From the NCBI RefSeq assembly GCF_902713615.1, contig NC_052172.1:6429337-6493336 (forward strand): a stretch of DNA of 64,000 bases. The letters run 5' to 3'. The notes under the pieces were generated by a model, which saw only the letters and a program-made list of their open reading frames with translations, was not told the origin of the DNA and did not search any database. This stretch comes from Scyliorhinus canicula (taxonomy: Eukaryota). Position 1 is the first letter of the stretch. Each line of letters starts with the position of its first letter. A program made the translations under genes and the position numbers. This document shows, one piece after another, positions 40,746-52,659 of the stretch.

Positions 40746-41299
40746 CCATTGTACAACATGCTTATGTTCCGAAACACTGGTTTTCTCTGTCTCTATCGAT
40801 GCTGAGGTTTCCCCCACCACCTTTTGTTTTTATTTCCAATAGTGTGTTTTGGGCCGATTTCTCCAAATACTGGAGTCTCTTCAGGTCATCTATTGGTTAC
40901 ATTTTTATGGCCCACTTCCGACTCCTATTTTGATTTTACATATCGTCAGTAATTCGTGAAACGTCTCGTCCCATTGAGGCCTCGGTATCTGTGGAATATT
41001 TCTTGAAAATACTGGTAATCCCCTCAATCCAATTACTGTTGTGGTCTGTATTTAAATATTGCGAAGAGTGAAGATCTTGCCTTTCGCCATCGTCCCCATC
41101 TCCCTTCGCTAATTAGAATTCAGTCTGTCTCTCTGCAATTTCTGAAATTAATGAAGACGGTTTATATATTTGAAGTCATATTTGACCCGGGAGTCAGCTT
41201 CCAAGCAACTATCCATGGCGTCACTGTGACAGCCTCAATATAATTTCCCATCTGTCTCATTTTACCTGCTGCTCAAATCATCGCTCATTCCAGCATTAA

Positions 41300-41580
41300 A
41301 TCTGCGTCAAAATAAGGGGGAGAAGATTTAGAACTGAGCTGAGGAGGAAGTTCTTCACCAAAAGGGTTGTGAATCTGTGGGAGTCTCTGCCCAGTGAAGC
41401 AGTTGCTGCTACCTCATTGGGTGTTTTTAAGGCCAAGATAGATTTTTGAACAGTAAAGGAATTAAGGGTTACGGTGAGCGGGCGGGTAAGAGGGGCTGAG
41501 TCCACAGAAATATCAGCCATGATATAATTGAATGGCCAGATGGCCGACACCTGCTCCTAGTTCTTATGTTCTGATAACAT
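41300..41580 (+). mobile_element. CR1 3' end
   Basis: gagctgaggaggaagttcttcaccaaaagggttgtgaatctgtgg through a cttatgtt tail. Confidence 0.8.
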
Positions 41581-42074
41581 TACGCATTGCTCATTCTATG
41601 GTCTAAGAAAGGAATTTGCGTACCAAAAGTCCACACAACGTATATGCAGATATAAATGAGCATGAGGCGTTGTTAGCTGCATCTTCGGTAAACAGACAGC
41701 AGTTTGACGCCAGTTTGTGTGATGTTAATTGTTTATTTGCTGTGGTGTAGGTGGACCCAGAGTGCTCTTGGGAAGTATTCCGGGATTTGACTCAGTGGCA
41801 GTGCAGCAACAGTAATATAGATCCAGGCTAGGTTAGTGTGTGGCCTGGAGGCCGACTTTCAGCTGGTGGCGTTCTCATGTCTGTTGTCCTTGTATCTCCG
41901 GGATGGAGACGTCCCGAGTTGGGATGGGACTGTCAAATGAACCAGAGTGATTTGTTGCAGTGCATGTTGTAGATGGCACACACTAAAGCCCATGTGTGTC
42001 ACTGATGGAGGGACTGGGTTTTTAATGTGGTATATGGAGTTTCAATCGAGAAGATTTTGAGTTCATTCATCTTA

Positions 42075-43450
42075 CGGGGTATGGGCAACGCTGGCTAGGC
42101 CAGCATTTGCTTCCCAACCCTACTTGCTTCCCTTGAGAAGGTGGGGATGAGCTGCCTTCTTGAACCGCTGCAGTCCATGTGCTGTAGCGTGTCGCGTCTT
42201 TTCGTCCGACGTCACTTCGTCCAACGACACTTCGTCCACGTCTTTTGGTCCAACGTCTTTTTGTCCGCCCGTCTTTTGGTCCAATGTCACTTCGTCCAAT
42301 TATCCAATTACAAATTAATTCCGTATAAAACCATTTAATTGATAAAATGCAAGTACAATACAGCAAGTGAATTTAATTGCTACAATGCAAGTAATTGATA
42401 AAATGCAAGTAAAATGCAAGTTGAAAAATGTAGTTAAAAAATCTAAAAATGCAGTTAAAAAATCTAAAAGTTTACTAATTACTTAAAATTCCCGAATTAA
42501 GAAAGAGAACGGTAATATATATCCTTTAACGAGACTCGTTAATGGAAAGAGAACAATAATAACTATCCTTTAACGAGGCTCGTTAAAGGAAAGAGACCGG
42601 TAATAAAAATCCTTTATTGCATATTGTACCTTGCTTTGTGCATTAGAGAAGATTTCTATTTACAAAAAGTTAATGTGGGGAGTGGAGTGGAGTGCTACTA
42701 AGCAAGTTACCAAAAGTCTTTTACAAAAAAAATCATCCGACAAAAAAACGTAACAAGTCACAAAAAGTCTTTCACGAAAAAAATCATCGGACAAAAAGAC
42801 GTTGGACCAAAAGACGGGCGGACAAAAAGACGTTGGACCAAAAGACGTGGACGAAGTGTCATTGGACGAAGTGACGTCGGACGAAAAGACATAGCACCGT
42901 GCTGTAGGTACACCCACTATACTGTTAGGGAGAGCATTCCAAGATTTTGAGCCAGTGACAGTGTAGGAACGGCGATATATTTCCAAGTCAGGATATTGGG
43001 TGATTTGGAGGGGAACGTCCAAGTGGTGCTGTCCACATGTATCCCATGTATCTGCTGCCCTTGTCCTTCCAGAAGGTGATGATCGTGAGTTTGGCAGGTG
43101 CTGCCGAAGGAGGATTTGTGATTTCCTGCAGTGTATCCTGTCGAGTGTGCACAAGGCTGCGACTGTGCGTCGGTGGCGTGGGGAGCGAATGATTCTGAAA
43201 GGGGAGGAAATCAAGCTGGGCTGCTTTGTCCTGGATGGTGTTGGGCTTCTTGAGTGTTGTTGGAGCCACACTCATCCAGGTAAGTGGAGAGTATTCCATC
43301 ACACTCCTGGCTTGTGCCATTGAGCAAGCAATTCATTTGCTTTCTCTGTGATTTCAGAGTAATCCACATTGCTGTTGATCTGGAATCACGTGCAGGACTA
43401 CAGGTATCGAGCATCAGCCAACCAGATTGTTTGTACAGCAATGGACAATG
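42075..43450 (-). mobile_element. LINE 3' fragment (CR1/L2-group-like RT C-terminus), host of the TIR element
   Basis: VMEYSPLTWMSVAPTTLKKPNTIQDKAA and HRRTVAALCTL motifs. The sequence is contiguous across the insertion (gcagtccat-GTGCTGTAG-gtacacccac). A related decayed piece lies at ~41760-42010. Confidence 0.6.
42188..42898. mobile_element. 711-bp non-autonomous DNA transposon (Mutator/foldback-like MITE)
   Basis: ~100-bp TIRs built of short subrepeats (tcttttcgtccgacgtcacttcgtccaa...). Flanked by a 9-bp direct repeat GTGCTGTAG (42179-42187 and 42899-42907). AT-rich non-coding interior. Confidence 0.85.
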
Positions 43451-44076
43451 GTTTCATGGTCATTTAATTCCAGCCTTTTATTGAATTCAAAGTTCACCAT
43501 CTGCCATAATCGAATAACAATACGATCTTTGTAGGCAGAGCAAGCAAGAGGGTGACATATTTCTGTCTCTGAAGGGGTGTTACTGAACCAAATGGATTTT
43601 CCATCAACCTGCTAGTGTTTCTTGATCATTATTACTAACACCAGTGCTTATAAACTGAACACTTATTCCACCCGTCGCCATGGTGCGTTTTGAACCCATT
43701 TCCGCACACTATTAGCCCAGGCTTCGAGCTAACTAATCTCTCCGGAGCTGCCCCAAAACAAGCAGCCATTATTTCCATCTCTCTCTCTCCCTGTCCATCG
43801 CCAGAGTGGAGATTTTCCTTTTCATCGACTGAGTAAATATGGCGCCCTCTGATGGATCAACGATAAAACAGCACGTTATGTTCTCGTTTCGGTGCCTTTT
43901 TGGAACCTCGTTGCCGCAGGAGCGACTTGGATACAGGAATTAGGTTGAAATGATTAAGGGATATTGAGTTGAATGTGCGACGATTGATGTGTTCAATCTG
44001 GATGCAAAGAATTCATTGTGCAAAATTGAACACATTATATCATTGTATATATTATGTTAAATTATTCCTGGATATA

Positions 44077-44240
44077 GGGGCGGAACGGTGGCGCAGTTGA
44101 TGCCTCACGCAGCTCTGGGCCGGGGTTCAATCCCAGTCCAGGCCACTGTGCGTGTGGATCTTGCGCATTTTCCCCTTGTCTGCATTGGTCTCACCCAACA
44201 ATCGGTGAGTGGATTGGCCACGCTAAATTGCCCCTTATTT
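44077..44240 (+). mobile_element. Partial HE1-type SINE
   Basis: ggggcggaacggtggcgcagttg..ggttcaatccc. Confidence 0.65.
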
Positions 44241-44603
44241 TACAAAAGAATTATGATTTTTGGATTCGTCCAAATTCGTCCAAGAACAAATTTATGTTCT
44301 TATGTTCTTATGTCCATACTTCACCGCAGTACAGTGTTACACTAATTAGACCACGAATTGTTCAATATCACGAATCTAGTCCAGAACAGCGATCCTGGCT
44401 GGAGTTTAACATCAACACGATCATGTATGAAAATAGAAGAGAGAGGAACAAATGGTTTTGGACACGTCAAATTTTTTCATTCTTTCTGTCTCACCCACAT
44501 TTCCTGTCACATTTCCTGTCATGCCGCCCTTGCTGAAGGATTCACCCAGCCTGTGGTAGCGGAAACACATTCGCCCTTCACCAAGGCAGTCAGTTCTCAA
44601 CTG

Positions 44604-44642
44604 AGTTTTTGTATGGCCACCAACGCAGTCTTCAGCGCTGTG
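44604..44642 (-). other. 23-RSS of V-d
   Basis: CACAGCG + 23 nt (ctgaagactgcgttggtggccat) + ACAAAAACT. Confidence 0.93.
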
Positions 44643-45610
44643 CTCACTGCTCCCACAGTAGTACACCGCCGAGTCTGCAGCCTTAACCTTGAGGATCTTC
44701 AAGGTGCACTTTTTATCATCGGCCCTTGCAATTTCGACCTCGTTCTTAAAGCCTGCTTCTTTCTCGGGTGGAATTCCAGAGCGAGAATAACCGATTAGCA
44801 TGAGTCCGCGACCGGCGTACTGCCGATACCAGAGCATAACGCTCTTGCTGCTGTCATTCTGATAGCAGTTTAGTTCTGCTCTCTCGCCGATGTTCGATGT
44901 CAACACCCTCGGCCACTGGTGTATCACCTCTGCCAGCGTTTTACCTGGAGAAATAAGGAGAATATTTACAAAAGAGAGCACACCTTTCAGTGTATGACAA
45001 CTAGATGTGTATATAAATTCATTGATAGATAGACTGTGAATAAATACATGAAATATAAATGGATGGATGGAATGCTGGACGGATTCATTGATCGTTCGAT
45101 AAATAAAGACAGATAGGTCGATGGCTGAATAGATCGGTGGATGACGGATGCCAGACGAGATATAGTTAGAATAAGTAGCTAGCTAAACAAAAAGGAGATA
45201 TGGACAAGAAACATTCTATAGATGGAGGATCAATATACAAGAGATAGAGTGTGAGAAACATCAACGAGAAACTTTGAACTGAGTTTCTTAAAATCTGTTC
45301 GATTGGCATTAATAGTTAAAATGATGTCTGCAAAGGTCCTTTCGTCTAAAGAAAACCATGAGCAAAAATTAATCACATCGAAATTCTAAGCTTGTTCTGC
45401 ACAGATTAAGCAAATATTCAAGAGCACAACATCAGGTGAATAGTACTGGTTTAACTGCTTGTGTTTTCCTTGCCAATCTATTCTGATCAATGCGCATAGT
45501 TAATGAATAGTTAACATCAGATATGATGTTGGCGCCAGTATTGTTCTAAATCTAGAATACATACTTGTAAACAGAGCGCAGAGGGTAATAAAGAGACAAG
45601 ATAAGAGCAT
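44643..45610 (-). CDS. TRBV: TCR beta V segment V-d, intact
   Basis: Leader exon 45610-45565 (MLLSCLFITLCALFT, donor gtatgt). Acceptor tttctccag. V exon 44944-44643 reads SKTLAEVIHQWP..ELNCYQ..MLWYRQYAGRGLMLIGYS..DSAVYYCGSSE, followed by a 23-RSS. Confidence 0.92.
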
Positions 45611-45653
45611 CCTCCAGGCTCGGTAGCTCAATCTGTGACTGGATCAGTTTCAA

Positions 45654-45699
45654 AGTGACATCAGAAGGGGTCAGGTTTCTTTCTTACATCTCACTTCCG
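45654..45699 (-). promoter_or_regulatory. V-d promoter: V-beta decamer-like CRE plus ETS site
   Basis: AGTGACATCA at 45654-45663 (+ strand) matches the AGTGAYRTCA V-beta decamer/CRE, 44 nt upstream of the ATG. Sense-strand CGGAAGTGA lies at 45691-45699. Confidence 0.55.
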
Positions 45700-46819
45700 T
45701 TAGGGGGTCCTGTTCAGGCGCTCCGGTAGAATACAGTGTGAAAAGTAATTAAATTCTCATCTGTATCCGGGTCTCATTGTAGACGTTTGATTGACGGTAC
45801 ATGGAACCAGGTGTGTTACTGGCTTGATTCCCTGCCCCCACCACCACCCACTTCCCTCGCCCCTCGTTCAACCCCCGGTTACAATTAAGTTGAGCTCCAT
45901 GGGCTGCCTAAACCTCTTCCACCTGGCACATATTATGACGATTGAGAGATTGAACGATGTACAGGGCGAGTAAATGTGCTTGGAAATAGTTGTTTTCCCC
46001 GGAGTGCTAAACACGTGGATTAGCTTGTTAAAATGGTATGTTCCCTGCTGCGATCCATTGCACACTACAGCTATTGGCTCCCCTTCACCTCGCTGAATAG
46101 TTAAATCAAGAATCAATACTCAAACTAAATTTTCGGACAGGATTTCCCATTCGAAAAGCCATGTTGGTTGGTTCTGATCATACTATTCTTTGCTGAATAC
46201 ATTGTTAAGACGTTCATCATAACATATTACAGCACTTCCCAAAAACTGATGCTAGGCTATCTGGCCTGTACTTCACTGCTATCTCTTCCCGTTTGCTTGA
46301 AAAGTGGTGTAACATTTGCCAACTTTCAATTTAGTGGGATTACGAATGAAGCTACGGAAATTTGGAGAAATTACAGGGATTTGTTGGATTTTAGTCCCTT
46401 AGGTTTCGCCAATACTGCTCATATTAATTTCCCTAATTTTCACATAATTATAGCCTCTTAGGCTATCTATTTATTGTCTGCAAGCTGTGGCTTCTACTGT
46501 GAATACAGACACAAAACAATCACTCAATGCTTCTCCCACTTTCTCTTCCCTTAATGATAATTTCTCCGGTCTTTGCTGTTAATGAATAAACGTTTACTTT
46601 AGCTACTCCTTTTCTTTTCGTTCCAAATCTCACCGCTATTTCAAAAGCCTGGTGTTTTAACGTAAAATTACCCTTAACCTCTGATATGAGCCAGAGATGG
46701 AGCCTTTTTGTTGAAATATTGTTTTCCAGTGCAATGCTTTTTTGTCGAACATGTTGAACTGCATCAGTAAATGTTCCCTACTGTTGAATTACCACTACAC
46801 CTTATCACGTGGTCGCCTA

Positions 46820-47107
46820 ATAATAACCTTTATTGTGATAAGGAGGCTGACATCAACACTGCAAAGAAGGTACAGTGAGAAACCCCGAGTCACCACATTC
46901 CGGCGCCTGTTACGGCACACGGAGGGAGTAATCAGAATGTCCAATTCGCCACGTCTTTCGGGACTTGTGGGAGGAAACCGGAGCATCCGGAAGAAACCCA
47001 CGCAGGCACGGGATGAAAGTGCAAAATCGGCACAGATAGTGATCGGGAATCGAACCTGGGACACTGGCGCTGTGAAGCCATAGGGCTCACCACTATGCTA
47101 CCGTGCT
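46820..47107 (-). mobile_element. HE1-related SINE
   Basis: cacattccggcgcctgtt..gggaatcgaacctggg..ctatgctaccgtgct. Confidence 0.85.
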
Positions 47108-47459
47108 ACTTAAATGAACCACGCTCCCCTCATGCCTATACAATTGACTCTGTTTTAGATTCTTGATTACTGTTGCACAATGTCACTTTCAAAGTTAAGA
47201 TTGTATTGAATGACATTGTGGCCATTATTTCCCAGTGGATCTTTTACTATAACATCAATAATCTACCCGACATCATTTCAGAAATACAAAATTTTGGCTT
47301 TGCTAGCGACTCCCACATTCCATAAAAGGATAGTACGGGTTGCTCAATCTACGATTTCTTCATCCGTGTCGGCTCATCTATGTACTGCTTCAAGAAAATA
47401 ACATAAAAGCATTCTACAATCTTGACTTCTCCACCACTCTTGCTAACTTGCTTGGCCCA

Positions 47460-48090
47460 GAATCACAAAATCACAGAATAATACAGCACAGAAGAGGCCC
47501 TTCGGCCCATCGAGCCTTCACCGATGCATGAACAATACCTGACTGGCCTACGCAATCCCATCAACCTGCACTTGGCCCATAGCCTTAAATGTTATGACTT
47601 CCCAAATGCTCATCCAGGTAGGTTTTAAAGGATGTGAGGCATCCCGCCTCTACCATCCTCCCAGCAGTGCGTTCCAGACCGCCATCGCCCCCTGGGTAAA
47701 ATCTTGTTTCTCTCAAATCGTCCCTAAACCTCCTTGCCCTGAACTAGACCTTGTGTCCCCTCGTAACTGACCCTTCAACTAACAGGAAGAGCTGCTCCCT
47801 CTCCACCCTGTCCAGGCCCCTCACATATACCTTGACCAGGTCTCCCCTCAATCTTCTGTGCTCCAGCGAAAACAACCCAAGCCCATCCAACCTGACTTTG
47901 TAACATAAATGCTCCATCCCAGGCAACATCCTGGTGAATTGCCTCTGCATCTCCTCCAGTGCAATCACATCCTTCCTATCATTTGGCGACCAGAACTGCA
48001 CACAGTATTCCAGCTGTGACCTCGCCAAAATTCTATACAACGCCAACACCACCTCACTGTGTTTTTAATCGATGCCTCGATTGATATGTG
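47460..48090 (-). mobile_element. CR1 3' RT fragment
   Basis: ARSQLEYCVQFWSP..LFSLEHRRLRGDL. Confidence 0.85.
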
Positions 48091-48237
48091 AAAACTAAAG
48101 TCGCCAGAAGTTATGAAATTAGCTTTGGTACACGTTTAAGTTGTTTCCTATGTAATGCGATGCAAACGGTATAACTATTGTTAAGGGGCGTATAAAGTAG
48201 TCCCGCTATTATTTTCTGACACTTCTGACACTGTCAG

Positions 48238-48446
48238 AGGCTGGTTTAGCTCAGCGGCTGTTTTAGCTCACCCAGGGCTGGTTTAGCTTACTCGGCTAAA
48301 TTGCTGGCTTTTAAAGCAGGCCAGCAACACGGTTCGATTCCCATACCAGCCTCCCCGAGCAGGCGCCGGAATGTGGCGACTAGGGGCTTTTCACAGTAAC
48401 TTCATTGAAGCCTACTGGTGACAACAAGCGTTTTTCATTTCATTTC
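48238..48446 (+). mobile_element. Short SINE family B with a duplicated head
   Basis: ggctggtttagctca-like head repeated three times; ttcatttcatttca tail. Confidence 0.85.
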
Positions 48447-49099
48447 ACTTGCTATTCCACATTTACGCTGATAATAATTCTAATTCATGATAGCGGCCAG
48501 ATATGTTGTCAATAATTCCATCATGATATATTTTACTAGACATCCCCACCGCCTCCACCGGCCGACATGCTATGCAGTTCTGTCTGACTTTCGGAAATAT
48601 TATGTACCCTGGAATATTTAATTCCCAATCTTGATCACCTTGCAACCACGTTTCTGGAAATTGGATCTAAGTCCTGTACCACGAAGCAGCTGTTTCATCC
48701 ATTCCGATAAAGCGCCTGTAATTTCATTTTTCCTTACTTCTGTTGATGCATTTAATTGAAAATGGGTCTGGCGTGGGCGAACTCGTATAGCCCAAGGTGC
48801 CTTTGCCTGTGTCCGATGGCAGTAGAAGCAGAGTGTTCGAATATTTTGAGGAAGAGCTATATAAATTGTTGATTAACATGGAGGGGTGGCAGGTTATCGG
48901 GGGTGGGCAGGTATGTGGAGTTGCGGCTACTGAAAGGCCAGCCGTGATCTTATTGAATGGTGGAGTAGGCTCGAGGGACCAATTTTCCTATGCCTGCTCC
49001 TAATTTCGCGTGTTTATATGACTGTGAGATCCTGGAATCTTTCCGTTCGGTGGGTCAGTGAATTTTTCGACTGGTTCTGTATCTGTCTCCCTGGCAGAG

Positions 49100-49299
49100 A
49101 AGGCTGCAGTCATAGAGCGAGCCGTAAGTTGGCTCCACGGTCAATGTTAGCAGATGGCAGCACTTCAGACCGGAACTCCTCACCCGAAATCGAAATAATA
49201 CATATCATCAAGACTATATATTTTATTAAATAATACATTACCATCATTTGACGTTTTGGAACAGATAGGTACCTCCACGATTGGTGCACAATGAAACAT
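49100..49299 (-). pseudogene. TCR V pseudogene (psiV-e), internally deleted
   Basis: After acceptor aaaacag the sequence reads CFIVHQSWRYLSVPKRQMMVM (compare V-i IIQSQKYLSVRQGQPVSI). In another frame it continues VRSSGLKCCHLLTLTVEPTYGSLYDCS (compare TVKQSDAALYFC). It spans ~200 nt against ~295 expected. No RSS or leader was found. Confidence 0.55.
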
Positions 49300-49367
49300 C
49301 TGTTTTCAGGTGAGGAAAAGAAATGGAACGGAATCATTAAGTTGGACTCAATTGAAATGAGGGACAA

Positions 49368-49947
49368 AGAGGGGCAAGTGGGATACGGCTTTATAAAGCA
49401 CTAGTTAGGCCCCATTTAGAATACTGTGAGCAATTTTGGGCCCCACACCTCAGGAAGGACATACTGGCACTGGAGCGGGTCCAGCGGAGATTCACACGGA
49501 TGATCCCAGGAATAGTAGGCCTAACATACGATGAACGTCTGAGAATCGTGGGATTATATTCATTGGAGTTTAGGAGGTTGAGGGGAGATCTAATAGAAAC
49601 TTACAAGATAATAAATGGCTTGGATAGGATGGACGTAGGGAAGTTGTTTCCATTAGCAGGGAGGACTAGGATAAAATAAAAGGGAGTCACTTTAGAACAG
49701 AGATGAGGAGAAATTTTTTCAGCCAGAGAGTGGTAGGTCTGTGGAATTCATTGCCACGGAGGGCGGTGGAGGCCGGGACATTGAGTGTCTTTAAGACAGA
49801 AATTGATAAATTCTTGATTTCTCGAGGAATTAAAGGCTATGGGGAGAGAGCGGGTAAATGGAGTTGAAATCAACCATGATTGAATGGTGGAGTGGACTCG
49901 ATGGGCCGAATGGCCTTACTTCCGCTCCTATGTCTTATGGTCTTATG
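49368..49947 (+). mobile_element. Young CR1 3' fragment, same subfamily as 53.5-56.5 kb
   Basis: LVRPHLEYCEQFWAPHLRKD. Tail ctatgtcttatggtcttatgg. Confidence 0.9.
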
Positions 49948-50584
49948 GCATCCACAGCCCGAGAGTGTGGCGGAAGCAGATTAAATCACCGTTTTCAAAA
50001 TTGATTTCGGTGCGCACCTGAGGAGAAGATATTTCCAGGTCTGTCTGGAAAAGGCAGAGGATCGGCACTCGCAAGATGGCCCTCACGGTCCTGGGTTCGA
50101 ATCCCGCCATGGCAGATGGTGAAATTTGTATTCAATAAAAAAAATCAGGAATTAAAAGTCTAATGATGATGATGAATCCATTGTGGAAAGTAGATTTATC
50201 AGTGAGGTATCAGGGCCGTCACTTCAATAGAGAGATTGGAGAAGACGGGATTGTTCTCCTGAGAATAGAGAATGTGACGGGAATATTTAATGGAGTAGCT
50301 CAGAATTATCAAAGATTTTATGAGTGTAAATAAGGACAATTGCTGATCGAAAGAGGATAAACATTTAAGGACCAGATGGGACACGGTGAGCTTTACTTCT
50401 ATGCAATTATTTGTTTAGCTTTGGAATGCAGTATTCCATTGCTGACGAAAGCAAGTTTATGAATAAAGAAGCTGGGTCGAGTCTCGAAAGAGGTTCGCGT
50501 TCAGAGCCATGGGACCAAAGCAGGGGAACAAAACTAACTGAGTAATGTTTTGAATGTAACAGTACAGCCACAAGGTCAGAAACA

Positions 50585-50885
50585 CCCTTTCTCCTATATC
50601 AAGGTGGAACAGTGGTTAGCACTGCTGCCTCGCAGAGCCAGTGATCCGGGTTCTATTCCGGCCTCAGTTGACTACATGTGGAGTTTGAAGTTTCTCCCGG
50701 TGCGTGAGTGCTGCTCTCACGGTCCAAAAATCTCCAGGTTAGGTGGATTGGCTATGCTAAATAGGCCGGAGATGGGGTTATGGGGAGAATGTTGGGTTTG
50801 ACCTTCGGCAGGGTGCACTTCGGCCGGTGCAGATTCGATGGGCCGAGTGGCCTCATTCTGCACTGCAGAGTTCTATGATTCTGTG
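50585..50885 (+). mobile_element. HE1-type SINE
   Basis: cagtggttagcactgctgcctc..gatgggccgagtggcc..ttctatgattc. Confidence 0.8.
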
Positions 50886-50952
50886 ATCATTCCCTGGTAG
50901 TGGAAACATATCCAATTCTGCCAGCGGGTGGCGAGAATGAGCTCTGGGTGTT

Positions 50953-50990
50953 GGTTTTTCCGCTGTGGGCCCTCTTTCTCAAACGCTGTG
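50953..50990 (-). other. Damaged RSS of psiV-f
   Basis: CACAGCG + 22 nt + GGAAAAACC, 1 nt shorter than the V-h RSS. Confidence 0.8.
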
Positions 50991-51951
50991 ATACTACGAG
51001 CGCAGAAGTAGACAGCAGTGAGAGACACCACGGCCTGTCTCCGTTTGAGACTAAACAGCGTGTTGCTAGTCCTGACTGCATCGAACGGCTCGGAGGTATA
51101 GTTGTTTTGCGCCTTTTTCCAGCAGAATAGAAAAGAGCTTCCAATGCCCGATTTGGTTGTTGTCTGTACCAGAACATTTCGGGATAGCCCATCGTCTTCA
51201 GCGTGCAGCTGAGATTGGGTGAATTTCCTGCTGCGATCGACAGCACAGATGCCGACTGTTCGACGTAAGAGGCGAGTATTCCTGCCGAATAATAAATCCG
51301 TTAGATTCTCCGGTTAGTCAGTAATCGATTGCAGTAAGAGGTCTGACAACACCAGGTTAAAGTCCAACAGGTTTGTTTCGAATCACTAGCTTTCGGTGCA
51401 CAGCTCCTTCCTCAGGTGTGAAGGAGCAGTGCTCCGAAAGCTAGTGATTCAAAATAAACCTATTGGACTTTAACCTGGTGTTGTGAGACTTCTTATTCTG
51501 CTCACCCCAGTCAAACGCTGGCATCTCCACATCAATAATCGATTTGGCAGAGATAAACAGATAAAACGCAACAACATCCATTTATAAAGCATAATTCCCG
51601 CCTTTGAAAGTCCCAAATCCTTTTATCAACAAAAACGAACTGTTACAATCTCGTCATTGTTGTGATGGGGTCACTGACCCCCCCCCCCCCCCCCCCCCCC
51701 AAGACGGCATCTCTGAAAATGCCGATCTCCCACCGCACTGACCTCGAGAGGGTCACCGTGGATTGTGTCCTCAATCTCAAGGGTAGGTGTAGCCTCTGCA
51801 CCTTCTCATTCGGGGGATAAATTCCTTCAAGAGAGGCGATAACCGTCATTATACTGCAAAACTCCACAAAGACGTCTGCAAAGGTTTGTAACATCGACGT
51901 ACGTCGAATTAGTGACATCATCAATGTTCAATAATGAATTTCACACAACAT
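50991..51951 (-). pseudogene. TRBV: TCR beta V pseudogene (psiV-f), paralog of V-h
   Basis: Leader 51951-51903 reads MLCEIHY* (TGA at 51930-51928). V exon 51281-50991 has a 1-nt deletion in the CDR2 region relative to V-h (21 versus 22 nt between GCTGGA and CCTCCGAG), causing a frameshift. Confidence 0.9.
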
Positions 51952-52069
51952 GGTGACAGCTACAATCGATACTGCTTCGCGATGTAAACTAATGGTGCTC
52001 AGGATCACGTTCAGATGCCGCCCCGCTCCTATGACTGATTAAATACGATACATTCGGTTGAGGTTAACA

Positions 52070-52087
52070 AGTGACGTCGATTTCCTG
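52070..52087 (-). promoter_or_regulatory. ETS/CRE composite upstream of psiV-f
   Basis: + strand AGTGACGTCGATTTCCTG. The CGTC begins 124 nt from the ATG. Confidence 0.5.
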
Positions 52088-52433
52088 AATAGCCAACACC
52101 CCACCCAGTCCTCGGGCCAGTCAGCAGCGCCACGTATTGGCCGAGCACAGAATGACAAGTAGGGATGGAATAGAGGTGTTCACAATGATAACCGGGTTTG
52201 AATGGGTTGAGAAAGAAACAGAAATTCCATTGGGGAAGGATCGCCAATCACAGGATACAAACTAAAGGTTGTTGGCAGAAAAATACAATGGATGACATTG
52301 AGTTTTTGGGCCCCGGAATAGACTGCCCGTTAACATGTGAGCAGGAGATTTAATTGTAACTTCCTAAAGTGGTAATTAGTTGAAGGGGAGTCTTTCAGAC
52401 ATTGATTGGCCGCCGTGTTCAAAGAGACCGGTG

Positions 52434-52472
52434 GGTTAATGTCCCAAATTGCAGCACGACTGTGCCTCTGTG
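52434..52472 (-). other. 23-RSS of psiV-g
   Basis: CACAGAG + 23 nt (gcacagtcgtgctgcaatttggg) + ACATTAACC (7/9 nonamer match). Confidence 0.75.
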
Positions 52473-52640
52473 CCTCACTGTAATACCGACCTACATCGCT
52501 CTGCCTCACTGTTCATACCTTGTGGTCGAACCTGTTGTCTGTGGTCTTCTTGTGAATTGTGTTTTGAAAGTGCCGGTACAGTCACATGGTCTGAATCACC
52601 TTCTCTCCTACATCACGGAAATCTGTGGATGGACCAGAGA
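52473..52640 (-). pseudogene. 5'-truncated V relic (psiV-g), paralog of V-i
   Basis: Reads KKTTDNRFDHKV*TVRQSDVGRYYSE against V-i KKTADNRFDLKIGTVKQSDAALYFCACSE. The codons for C-A-C are missing. The 5' half and leader are replaced by CR1 debris. Confidence 0.85.
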
Positions 52641-52659
52641 ACATTGGTAGTTGTTGAAC

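Noticed and set aside
42188-42300. Short regular repeats suggesting a CRISPR-like array
   Set aside because: They have no unique spacers and form the mirrored TIR of a DNA transposon in a vertebrate genome.
51911-51920. Perfect V-beta decamer AGTGACATCA
   Set aside because: It lies inside the psiV-f leader exon (antisense of ATG ATG TCA CT), so it is a coding coincidence and not a promoter element.
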